Positions 27,901 through 40,170 of a DNA stretch of 64,000 nucleotides are shown piece after piece. The notes below the pieces were generated by a model. That model saw nothing but the letters and a program-made list of their open reading frames with translations, ran no database searches and was not told the origin of the DNA. The stretch is from the NCBI RefSeq assembly GCF_001194135.2, contig NC_068987.1:105205378-105269377 (forward strand), written 5' to 3'. The position numbers were made by a program, and so were the translations under genes. The stretch comes from Octopus bimaculoides (taxonomy: Eukaryota). How positions within the stretch are numbered: position 1 is the first letter of the stretch; each line of letters opens with the position of its first letter.

Positions 27901-30900
27901 CCCCAAAAAGACGGTTTTTATAAAGAGCAGTTTTAGTTAAAGAATATTTCAGATTTGGAATGTGAAGAATTGATTACTGCATTTTTGATCAAAGTAGAAG
28001 TCTATTCAGTTTAATTAAGTATGAACGTGTTTAGCTTTTGAGAAAACATTATATAGCATACCATAGAACATGTGAATTTGACAAGCAATCAGTTTTGACC
28101 TAGTTCATCACATTCAAGTTTAGAGTACAGTCTGAATCACATATGTTCTCAAACTGATAAATCAATTCCGTGTTAAAGAGTTGACAATACTTTGCTTTGT
28201 GAATGCAAGACAGACTTAAATTGATGTGTGCTAATGAAGATTTTATTAATTGTATCTACATGGTTAATTTTATTCAAAATTATATATCTACATTTTCTAT
28301 TTTGTTAAAAGCTATATTTCAGTCAAAGGTTATTGCCTTTAAGTTCATTCCACTTTAAACTGAGCTGTAATTATTACTAGCACTATTCTGGCTTTTAGAT
28401 TTATTTAATGAATTCTTAAGCAGATGGCCATCTGACATCTTTTTTGAAGAACTAGCTAGTAGATTTTCAGAAGGGTTTGTTAATCCTGTGGTCCAGTTGG
28501 ATGATGTCAAAATGAATACTTATATAAAGATGTAGGCTGAGTTATATTAGCAAATGAATAGCAACACATTTTGAAATTTTTATTCCTGTTTAGTGTTTAT
28601 GGAAACCACAACTTGTTCACTTTGAAGTATGTCTTGCCTAATTAGCATTTTTTTTCTGCATAATCTACATTATTTAACGAATTAGCTACAATTAAAATGT
28701 CTTATAGCTTTATCATGTTTTTAATTGTATGAGTTCAACTGTGTGCTTTATATGTAGCAATCAATTTCCAAGTAAGCAGCCCCTTTGTTGCTATGACAAA
28801 GAATAATTCAGTTGTTTGTGCAACCAAACTGCTTACTCTTTGTGCTGTAAGTGTAAGTGGGTGAGTATTCCACAGATGCTTGTCACCCTTAATACAGTCC
28901 TCTGGTAGAATCAATGTTACAGTTTGCAATGAGATTGGCTCCTTGAATTTTCTTTCTGATAGACTTACATATATTTTTCATTCACAAAAATTAGGTCAAC
29001 AAAGCATTAAAGTAGAAGACACTTGCCCAAGGTGCCACCTAAAAGAATCAAACCTAGGCCCATAAGATTGTAAAGATAATTTTGTGACCACATGACCATG
29101 CTTGTACCTTTCATGAATGATTATGTACTTAGGCAAATACACTGGTGTATATATAAACATGTACATTAAACTACCAGTTAATAAGTCTATTTGATATAGA
29201 GGAATGAAATGAGTAATTGCTTTCCTTATCTGACCTTAATTTTGAGTCTCATGAAAATTGTTTAAATGAAACTAAAAACTGTTAAATTTATGTTCATAAC
29301 TAAATAAATGTTGTGAAGATTTTGTTTGTGTATTTGAAACTTATGATTCACCATCACCACCAAAATAAGAAATGTATTATTAGAGAATCCCTTAGAAATG
29401 CTATNNNNNNNNNNNNNNNNNNNNNNNNNNNNNNNNNNNNNNNNNNTATATATATATATATTTCTATTAAGTGCAATAGAAGGAATTAAACAAGCTGAAC
29501 TTAATTTCTATTTCAGTTGGCATATTTGTAGATTTTTGTTTTTCATAAACTAATTGGACTATTAACCTCATAGTTTTGGTATAGTTCACTTATATTGTTT
29601 TGGTTGGTATATTTTGAATGCATACATTGTCTTAGTGAATAGTACATATATTCTCAGAGTGAAGAGTAATTGTAAATTCAAGGTTAATAGATTCTGTTTT
29701 TGTCAGTTGTATCTTGATTTTGTTTCTGCATAAAGTGGTTGGCATTAGGAACGATATCCAGCTGTAGAAACCATGTCAAAGACATTGGAGCACAATGCAG
29801 TCCTCTGACCTGTCAGATCCTATCAAACTGTCCAACTCATGCCAGCATTGAAAATGATGTTGAAAGATGAGGAGGAGGATGAAACTCCATCATGACCTGG
29901 ATTGGACATTTCTCTTCCAATACAGTGTCTCACCACTCATTGGAGGCTTTCATGTATCTTCATGTATCGGGCGATATGATATGCTGAGAAGACCTGATAA
30001 GTCAAATAAAATCAATATCATAGCAGTGGCCAGTGACTCCTGACTGGCTCCCGTGCTGGTGGCACGTAAAAAGCACCATCCGAACATGGTGATGCCAGTA
30101 CCCCCTGACTGGCCCCCATGCCAGTGAGACATAAAAAGCACTATCTGAACGTGATCAATGCTAGGCCTGACTGACTGGTTCCTGTGCTGATGGCATGTAA
30201 AAACCACCCACTACACTCTCGGAGTGGTTGGCGTTAGGAAGGGCATCCAGCTGTAGAAACATTACTAAATCAAATTGGAGCCTGGTGCAGCTGCTGGCTC
30301 TCCAGACCTCAGTCAAACCATCCAACCCATGCCAGCATGGAAAACGGACGTTAAGCGATTATGATGATGATACATATACAAGAATAGCTGGCATTAGAGC
30401 ACTTAAACGAAATTTACAAACCTGTCATCATTCATCATCGTTTAACATCCACTTTCCATGCTGGCATGGGTTGGATGGTTTGACTGAGGACTGGCAAGCC
30501 AGGAGGCTGCACCATGTTCTAATCTGATCTGGCAATGCTTCTACAGCTGGATGCCCTTCTTAACGTCAACCACTCCGAGAGTGTAGTAGGTGCTTTTTAC
30601 GTGTCACAGGTACGAGTGTCAGTCAGGTGGCACTGGCACCGACCCCCATGTATTTAATACTTTCTGTACTTAGATGACCTATTTACTACTGGTGTTGTTT
30701 CTGTAACTAGATGAGCTATTTAGTGCTAGTGATAATTGTAGCTGGTATAAAGCAACTACAAGGAAAAATGTCTAGCAAGGAGTTTATTGAATTGTTACTT
30801 ATGGTAGCAACAAAGGGGTTCTCTCTCCATGATTTGTATGAAATATATGTGTGATGCTACATGATAGATATGAACATTAAATGCAGATGAGTCGGTTGGA

Positions 30901-31565
30901 CATAAATGAGACTAGTATGCTTTTATTTTTAATATGAAATACTAAGTTACATATATGTTGTAGCATAGGTGAACTGAAACAACATTAAAGTGCACTGGTC
31001 AATTCATGCAGATATACACATTATATTATCATCATCATTTAATGTGTTTGCCATGCTGGTATGGATTGGACAGTTTGATAGGAGCTGGTGAGCAAGAGGA
31101 CTGCATCAAGCTCCAGTGTCTGCTTTGGCATGGTTTCAAAAGCTGGATGCCTTTCCTAACGTCAACCACTTTACAGGAGTGAACTGGGTACTTTTCTATA
31201 TGGTACCAATACTAGTAAGGTCACCAAGTAACTCACTCAAGACAAGACTCCTCAACTGAGAGATGGAGTATGCTGGGATGCAGCTTTATGCCAGGTGATG
31301 AAAGGTTAAAGTATGACAGAAAGACAGGAGCAGATATCTTGCTGTAGAGGAGAAAGGTCACTCCAGTTGGTGATGAAGTTATGACAGGCCACACCCTCAA
31401 GTTACAGGAATGTGAATAGAAGAGAAATGATAAGAGTGGACCAGTAAATTCACAGGAGTATGAGAGGAGAGTAGAAGATGGATAGAGATGAGGATATATA
31501 TGATTGACCGTTGACTGAACACTATTCAATTTTTTTTCTCCGTGTTTTTCTCCTTGTCTCCGTAT

Positions 31566-31602
31566 TCTTTCTGTTGAAGAGCGTAGCTCGAAACGTCAAA
31601 GA
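31566..31602 (+). ncRNA. Minimal type I hammerhead ribozyme-like motif (A6U variant) in a Penelope-LTR-like repeat (about 31527-31692)
   Basis: Helix I TCTTT/AAAGA; core CTGTTGA; A; helix II GAGC-GTA-GCTC; GAAA; palindromic helix III ACGT; GUC triplet with predicted cleavage after 31597. Confidence 0.65.
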
Positions 31603-31690
31603 CTTTCCGTATTCCCGAGCGTCATACTAATATATACTTTTGTTATTTACACCACCTGTCCTCGTCTGTTGTTATTTTTTGTATATTCTC

Positions 31691-31740
<50 letters not shown>

Positions 31741-33065
31741 TAGGGTAAAAAATCAGATATTAATTAATATCGATTTATTACCAGGAAGCTAGCACATTTA
31801 AAGAATCAGAGAGATTCAGAAAAAATATCTGAGATCTTAGGGGATTAAAGTATATTTTCATATATAACGATGACCACTAAAGTGGACATTTAATGTGCTA
31901 GAAATAGACCATATGTTGTGTCTACTAAGACCTAATGGTTCTCAAAAGGGAATTCATCGAAATACCAAAACGTATGCGGACACAAACATAGGGGTACTGT
32001 TCTTTATGTGGCTGAGTAGAGACAATGATATTACAATAAGCAGTTTAGATTTAATTTTGAGGTCATATGATTTAATAAGGCCATGTGATAGAACCAGTGA
32101 GTGTGTTTTAGTAAAAACTTGAACTCTTCAGGTTTTGCTCATCGTTTTTATTGCTTTGTAGACTGATATATATATATATATATATAGTATGTCCCCCCCC
32201 CCCGGACAACGAAGTCTATTTCACAAGCTTAGATAAAAAATCATGTTAACTTTGACAGTCTTTGTACCACCATTTCCCTCTAAATAGTCTCTTTGATTTA
32301 TTTTTTTATTGTAATATCATCTTATTTTATACTCAGTTGTTGAGATGTCTCTTTGAAGCATGATATCTGTTCCTGCCCACTATCATGCTTTATAGCCTCT
32401 CCACACTTGATGCAAAGCCACTTCCATCTATTCTGCATCCCCAAGGAGTCTTGTCGTTTGAGTTAACTTGGTGGCTTCACTAGTGCTGGTACCATTAGAA
32501 AAGCACCTGGTACATAAGGTGGTTGGTACTAGGAAGCAGCGCAGCTATAAAAACCTTGCCAAAGTTGACATTCAAGCTCAATGCAGCCCTCTGGCTAACT
32601 GGCTTCTGTCAAACTGCCCAACCCATGGAATACAGACATTAAATAATGATGATTGATATTTGTGTGTGTGTGTGTGTATAATGACAATAATCCTTGGATG
32701 GAATTTATAAACATTTACTGAATTGCTGTACATGTTTCCACAAATCATATGTCAAGATGCAACCCAAGAAAACTGGTTCACCAGTCAGCATCATTAGACT
32801 TTGGCTGGCATAATGGAATAGGAGTTTTATTTGCATATTCAAAACGTTTCCTGTAAACAAATTTAAAAGATATAGCGCCTTGTCTGTGCTCGTTCCATGT
32901 AAAAAGCATTGAGTCTACTCCACAGAATGGTTGGTGTTTGGAAGGGCATCCAGCCACAAAAACCCTGCCAAAACACACACAGTAGCTTGGGGTAGTCATC
33001 TACCTGGTCGGCTCTTGTCAACTGTTCTACCTATGCATTCATGGAAGACAGGTGTTAAACGATGA

Positions 33066-33113
<48 letters not shown>

Positions 33114-34724
33114 GAGAGAGTATTTAATTTCTATATATACTTATATTTCTCTTAAAATTTAGCTTAAATTCCATGCCCTACTTTTGATAAAAATAAACGT
33201 GTTCATGTCCTATCTGGTTTTGGTCTTTTTCTATAACTCCTGTTCTTAATGAGGTGGTTATAAAAGTTTAGTGTATTTTGGAATAATCAAGCATAATAAT
33301 AATAATAATAATGGTATTTACAATTCAACAGTGTTATACATTCTCTTATCAACAGAATTGAAAGGTCAGTTTTAAATGTTGCTGGTTGTTTTGAAAAGTA
33401 TGTGTCAAAGCATATTACAGCACATTACCTTTAAAAGAGTGTCTTTACTGCTTGTTAGAAACGATGATGCTTAATCCAGGCTGTTTTAGGTAACAATTCA
33501 TTTTAATTTTGCTTCGATAGGTTGGATTTCAAAGATTCATTTGTGATTATATTATCTACATTATTTGTTTGGAATATTTGATTTATATTTTTTATTCTAT
33601 TTTTAATATCAAAACATGATTTATGATTTGCTATTTTATTCATTGTTTTCCGAAATTGATCTGATATCTTGGACAAGTGTCTTATATAACCCCAGACGGA
33701 TCAAAGCTTTGTGAGTGAATTTGGCAGAGGGAAATTGAAAGAAGCCAGTCGTGTGTGTGTTACTGTCTCCTTGGCTACATGTGATATTTGTGACATGTGT
33801 AGTCATAAGAAACATTACCTTGCTTGGAAGCAGATGAGGTTTGGCAACTGGAGGGGTATCCAGTCATACAAAATCTGCCTCAAGAACCTCTGACTCTGCA
33901 AGCATAGAAAAGTGGACAGTAAAAGATGATTGTGATGGTGATGATATCATTTTAAAATATAAAGCTACAAAGGGTATGAAATAATAGAACATACTTTTTA
34001 CATTTTATAAGTGAAGCAGAAATAATGTAAACTTTATTCTTTAAAAGAAAATGCAGAAATTTAAAATGGTTACCAGCTTCTATAAAATCTTTATTTGAAT
34101 CTTACTAGAAAAACATTTAAACATAGCAGCTGCTATTTTTAAATTAAAAAATACATACACAACAGCTTCTAGCTGAAGATAATGGTGGGTGGGTGAGCAT
34201 CTCTTTCTCTCTCTCTCTCTCATTTCATTCAGTCATGTATTTTTGTTTTAAGAAGTAAATTATGTTCTTTTTAATTTTCCAGTGTGACACACTAACATTA
34301 ATGAAAAATTATTAATAAGAAATTTCTCAATTAATTTGATAATTGAATAGATTCTGCTTTAGTGTAAAATAGTTCAAAATAAAATTTGATAGTATGCTTA
34401 GAAAACCATAGACACAGTCTCTTTCTTTTGACCAATCTTATTTTTAAAAAATCTCAATACTGTGTTTGCTATGATGTGAATCTATTGATAGTCTTTACAA
34501 ATCCTGAATAGCTTATAGTGTTTTTCCAAATGGTGAACTGTACACAGCATAGTATGTTATGATTTGGAGGTTCTTGTTCTTTTAAACATAAATTTTCTTT
34601 ATCTCCACCTATGACTTTTTAAATTGTACTTTTTAAAAAATTGTCTTCTGGTTTATATGTTTTGAACATCAGAGATTCAGAATCTGCAAGCATTTTTAAA
34701 ATTCAAATAAAGAAAAAAGATTTG

Positions 34725-34969
34725 TTTTATTTATTTTTTTTTACATTATTTACATTTGACAGATATCTGTCCTCATCTTGTTTGTTGTTAACACAACGTT
34801 TCGGTTGATATACCCTCCAGCTTTCATCAGGTGTCTTGGGGAAATTTCGAACCTAGGTTCTCATTCCTAAGGTATTTTTCGATATTATTATTATTCAGGT
34901 CACTGCCTGGAATCGAACTCGGAATCTTGGGGCTAGTAGCCCGCACGCTTAACCACTCCGCCATATGCC
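34725..34969 (-). mobile_element. tRNA-headed SINE carrying a minimal hammerhead ribozyme motif
   Basis: Head GGCATATGGCGGAGTGG (A box)..GAGTTCGATTCC (B box). At 34835-34790: GACAC-CTGATGA-A-AGCTG-GAGGGTATAT-CAACC-GAAA-CGTT-GTGTT. A-rich tail. Confidence 0.7.
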
Positions 34970-36351
34970 TAGAAAATTTACACTGCAGTATTTTTTATTG
35001 TGTCTAACAATATCCTTCATTTGTGTTTAACGTGTTGCATTTATAATTACATAGGTGTAAACATAGCCATATGATTAAGAAGCTTACTTACCAATCATTT
35101 GGTCTTAGATTCTGTCCCACTGTGTGGCACCTTGGGTGAGTGTCTTCTACTAAAGCTCTGGACTGACCAAATCCTTGTGAATGGATTTAGAAGATGGAAA
35201 GTTCATCATATATATAGGCGTGTATGTATGTGTACCCTTGTCTTGACATCCCGTGATGATTATAAGTGAGCATGTTGTTCATTTCTAGTCTTCTGTGAAA
35301 AATGTCTGGCCATTGGGAAATATTACCTTGCTTGGAGACAGGTAATGGTTGGTGACAGGAATGACAGCTGGTCTGGACATTAAATGAGGATGATAGTTTA
35401 TTTAAAGAGAAACATGAGACAGTTAATTCTGAAATCCATGAAGCTAATCAAAAATTTAAAAGTGTATTAAATTAGAAAATGCTTTAATCTATCTCCCACT
35501 GACACCCTCGTCTACATGTCTTAAGTTACAGAATATTCTCTGCTTTTTCTGTGTACTCTCACTTGCTGTGATAGCACTATGATGGGACCCACAGCACTCC
35601 TTTTGCAGAGAAAGTGTACGAATTTGAGGTTACTTTAATCCTATCTCACCCTGGTCTATTCAACCTCTGTAGTGTTGGTTCCTTAAGAGAATACACCCAG
35701 CACACTTTGTAAAGCATCCAGCTGCAGAAATCAAAGCAAATATGTATGAGCATCAAGCCTTTAGGAGCAACCATTCCTAATATGAAATGAATCAGATCAT
35801 GACAACATATGCAATCCATGTCAATATGGAGAGTGATCATTAAGTAATAATGATGATGACTTTTCAAGGAGACTCAGCACTATATAATTCTTTTATCTTT
35901 TACTTGTTTCACTCATTTGTCTTCGGCCATGCTGGGGCACTACATTGAAAGGTTTTGGTCAAACAAATCAATCCCGATACTTACCTTTTAAAATCTGGTA
36001 CTTATTCTGTTTTTTTTTATGCCAAAGCACTGAGTTACAGGCCGTACACAAACCAACAACAGTTGTGAAGTGGTGTGGGGTAACAAACGCAGACACAAAG
36101 ACACCGCATGCAAAGATCAAACACACACACGATGGCCTTCCATATAGTTTCCATCTTCTAAGTTCACTCACAAGGTAATGGTCAGTCTGGAGCTATAGTA
36201 GAAGACACTTGCCCAAAGTGCCTCGTAGTTGGAGTGGAACCAAAACCATGTGGTTACAAAGCAAGCTTCTTAACCACTCAGCCAGCCATGCCTGTACTTC
36301 ATTTCAGTATCAAGGTTGCTTAAATACTCTCCTCTGATATTACTGGTACAA

Positions 36352-36565
36352 AGGCAGCAAGCTGGCAGAGTCATTAGCATGCCAGGCAAAATTCTTAGCG
36401 GCCTTTTGTCTGTCTTCATGTTCTGAGTTCAAATTCCACCGAGGTCGACTTTGCGTTTCATCTTTTCAGGGTCAATAAATAAAGTACCAGTTGCATACTG
36501 AGGTCAATCTAATCGACTGCCTCCCCCAAAATTTCAGGCTTTGTGCCTGGAGTAGAAAAGAATAT
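36352..36565 (+). mobile_element. tRNA-derived SINE family B
   Basis: AGGCAGCAAGCTGGCAGA..GAGTTCAAATTCC, then GACTTTGC(C/G)TTTCATC(C/T)TTTC(G/A)GGGTC(G/A)ATAAA..AGTACCAG. Other copies about 40882-41100, 41870-42020, 56825-57287, 59985-61245 (several), 63720-63921-. Confidence 0.85.
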
Positions 36566-37145
36566 ATTACTGATACAAACAGTTGCAGTTTATTTAAATG
36601 TTGAAGGATATTGTTTTCTTAGAGTTTTGGGTTAAATAGCTGTCTAGTTCATCAGAAATGGTTGTAAACCTGGTAGGCTGCTTTACAGAGTTTAGTTTAT
36701 TGCTGTAATTGATTGATATTCTATCAAAGCTGACTTTGCCTTTCACCCTTGTAAGGCTATTTGTACTTTACTAAAATGATCTTTGTTTCGCAAAAGAAAT
36801 CACTATGTCATTATGTAAAGTGCAAATAGCTTAGTAGACAATACCATTTCAAATTTATGAGATGTTGTTTAGTATCTCATCGTTATGTTTACTCTGCTCT
36901 TTTCATTAGAAATAATGACTGAATGTTGAAGATGGATGTAAATAAAAAAAATTGGTAATTCACTTGTACTCACTTACTTGTTACTGATATCAATAAAACA
37001 ACATTGATTTTTCTGTTAGTGTTTTTTTTTTTTTTTTTTGTATTTATAGCTACAAATATGTGAGCATTGATGCATTAACAAAAAGTTGCACTTTATTTAT
37101 GAATTCTCAGTACAGCCAACCAGCCATCTTCTCCCTCTGCTGTTC

Positions 37146-37520
37146 CTAGAAAGGTTGTTGGGGTACAGTCCTCAGGTACTTATTCCATAGGGTCCTATCG
37201 GAAGCAATTGTCATCAAATTTTCTGACTGGATCTCCAGGCATGACCAACTGAAGTTATGGTCATTGTTCAGCCATCTCATTCTTGGTCTACCCCTAGGTC
37301 TTCTGTTGGTTGGTTCAGCTTGAAGAATATGTCTTGTGATTCTTTCCTGTGACATAATGTTCACATGTCTGTAGTACTGAAGCTGTGACCTCTCAATGCC
37401 GAGAAGTGATGGCTCAGCCTGGAGAGACTCACTGGTCTTCAAACTGTACATCCTGTCAATGTTACTCCAGAGGTCCTTTGGAGGAACCTCATTTCTGTTG
37501 CTTATATATTGCAATCATAC
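37146..37520 (-). mobile_element. RTE-like LINE 3' fragment, second family
   Basis: IERSQLQYYRHVNIMSQERITRHILQAEPTNRRPRGRPRMRW is the typical RTE ORF C-terminus. Confidence 0.8.
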
Positions 37521-37759
37521 TACTTAGAAATATAAATATCTGGGCTATATCTAATGTATTAATTTAGTTTCTAGTAAATGGTATCTTAATTCTATTTGAC
37601 TTGAGTGGAGGAGACATGTGATTTAAAGAGGAAACCTTGAATTAATTTTCATGTTTTTCTTTTGTGCCGTTAGCTTTACATCAAAAAATGAGTTTCAAAA
37701 CATCTCAAATAAAATTAAATTCACCTAAATTCAGTCATCATCATCATCTGTTTCATATG

Positions 37760-38260
37760 CTTAGATAAGATGGATGGGACTTTTCCAGCACAGCATTTCA
37801 CCATGTTACACTCCCTTGCCGTCTCCTTTCAGTTCAGTCTCTTGAGACAATGCTTCACAACTTCTCTTCATGGCTTCCTCAGTCATTCTGTACATCAGAA
37901 CATCCAACTCCCCTCTCTCGTCATCCATCTGCATTACATGTTTGCAGCAGTGCAGTTTTCTCTCTTACACACTACATCTGATTCCTCTTATATCTAGTTT
38001 TAACTCCCAGCTTATTTGTACTCCATTATTCATGGTCATTACCATTACACATCCAGCAGAGCAGGCTCACCTCATTTTTTTTATTACCTTTACACATTCT
38101 CCACATTCAGTGCTTATGTTTCAGTCCCATAAAATACAATGTTATGTGCACTGAGATAATCCTTTTGTTTCCAATGGAGGCAATACTCCCATCTCATTCT
38201 AGTATTTATACTTTCATAATACTCATTATCATTGTTAATTAGATTGCCTAGGTCAATAAA
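37760..38260 (-). mobile_element. Strongly decayed RTE LINE 3' fragment
   Basis: Broken frames with FIDLGNLINND..INTRMR, YGTET and KLDIRGIRCSVRE resemble the 17.2-kb family. Confidence 0.55.
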
Positions 38261-39957
38261 TTTATGAACTGACTTCATTTCACTTCTTTTACTTTTATTC
38301 ATTTATTTGTTGTCATTTAACCTGTTAACTAGTCTATTGTTTGATTATTCAACTGGACAGCTAGGTTGCGAATGGCAACAAAAGAACTTTGACAAACCTA
38401 GTTGATTGATTGAATGATTAATCAAACAGTTGATTAGCTAATTGGTTAAATGTTAATAATAAAAGAAGTAAAAGAGAACCAGTGCATGTGTTTGTTGTTA
38501 CTGTATCTTGGGAGGCATAATGAATCGCCAAAGATACAGTAAAATTTTACATTTTTTTTCTCTATTTTCTCTCTGGCTGTTATTAATTCTAAATCAACTC
38601 TGAGCTCAGCATTTTAATCAAAGACTTTCCAACTATGACTATTTTTTAAAGCTGATGTGTTCTGAAAGCTACTATTTCTAGCAGGACAGGCTGTTTAGAG
38701 GTTCTGTTGTTGACTTATCTTTATCAGTATCAAAAGGGTAAAAGTTATTGGCTATTCACTAATACTAATTGACAGTTGCAAAGTCATCATTTAAACTAGT
38801 CATTCATGTGGTCAACGACTTGACAGAGATATTGCTCCAATATTTCCTGTTGTGTATACAATTGATATCATAAGAATATAGCTGAGCTGATCATGCAGAC
38901 TCCTTTGATCAAATAAATAACATTGAAAGAAATGATAATGGTGAGTTAATCATTAGGACAATAAAGAGTCTGTTTTCTGTTGTTAATGGATTAAAGGATT
39001 ATGGCTGGATACCGAACAGGTTTAATTACATAAGCAACCCTAGCCAATACAAAAGGTGTGTTCCAATAAATGTCATGTCAGCACCATTGTCAAGTAATCA
39101 GTAATTAATTTGAGAAGAGAATTTATTAGAATGGAACTAGTAGGATAAATGGTGAAGCTGAAAATTAGTGATGATATACTTTGTATTTGTGTAAATGTAT
39201 AGCAAAAGAAAAAAGTTAAATTTTTTTGTCCGAGACCATTATACTTTATTCACCTTGTGAAGACTTCAAAATATAGAGAATGGCTCAGAAAAAATGGCTT
39301 GTATGAACTTGTTTCCGGAAACTAGTTCAGCATACATTTTCTAACTGGTGACAGAATTTTATCAACCAGAATTAGTTTCTACTCATAGAAATTTTATGTT
39401 GGTGATTGAAGATTAGTGATTAACTGATTTTCTTTTTTTTCTTTTTGCCTTAAATGAAAGATCATAAATATGGAGATAATAACTTAATCTTGGGAGATAA
39501 TATTGATTTCTGGCGATTTAGTACAAGATCAATCTGTCTAGTTGCAACTGAAAACAGTTGACTTATTTTATTGATGTGGAAAAAAAAAAGGATCTGATAT
39601 AAGAACATAGAAGCTCCAAACTAGATTAAAATTGAGGCATTCTACTGTTCCAGTCACTTGGTCAATATCATCCTCATCATTTTACATCTATTTCTCCATG
39701 GCTCCATGGATTTGATGTGTGTTTTCTAAATCTCTGTTTCTATGGATTTTTAAGCTTCCACGTTTTTCTATTCTTGATTGGATTGTACTTCTGAGTCCTT
39801 TTAAAAATAAGTGTGAAGACCTTAACTACCAACCTATATTGGATAGTACATTCTTCATCAGGGAAGAACTTCGCATTTACAGTCAACTGTCAATCCTGAT
39901 TCCTGATCAGAATGTCAACAATCTTGTTTGCTTTCCAAAAATTAGTGTTGCAGATCG

Positions 39958-40170
39958 TTAGGTCATTTGTATCACAGTACTCCAAGAGCCTTTTTCCATC
40001 CTCATTTCTAGTGCTAAACCCATAGCCTCCATGCACACCATGGAATCTACCAGGATGCTATCTGACATGCCCACTGAAGTCACCTGCCATAAATTTAAGA
40101 TTACTGTCGTTCGTCTTTGAGGTAATCTGCAAAAGGTTATTGTATGGAGGGTCCTTTTGTTTGTCTGGCA
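39958..40170 (-). mobile_element. RTE LINE apurinic endonuclease fragment
   Basis: KFMAGDFSGHV..GRFHGVHGGYGFSTRNEDGKRLLEYCDTNDL. Confidence 0.8.

Noticed and set aside
38860-39700. Non-repetitive stretch with short protein-like frames
   Set aside because: No sustained ORF, consistent splice pair or recognisable motif.
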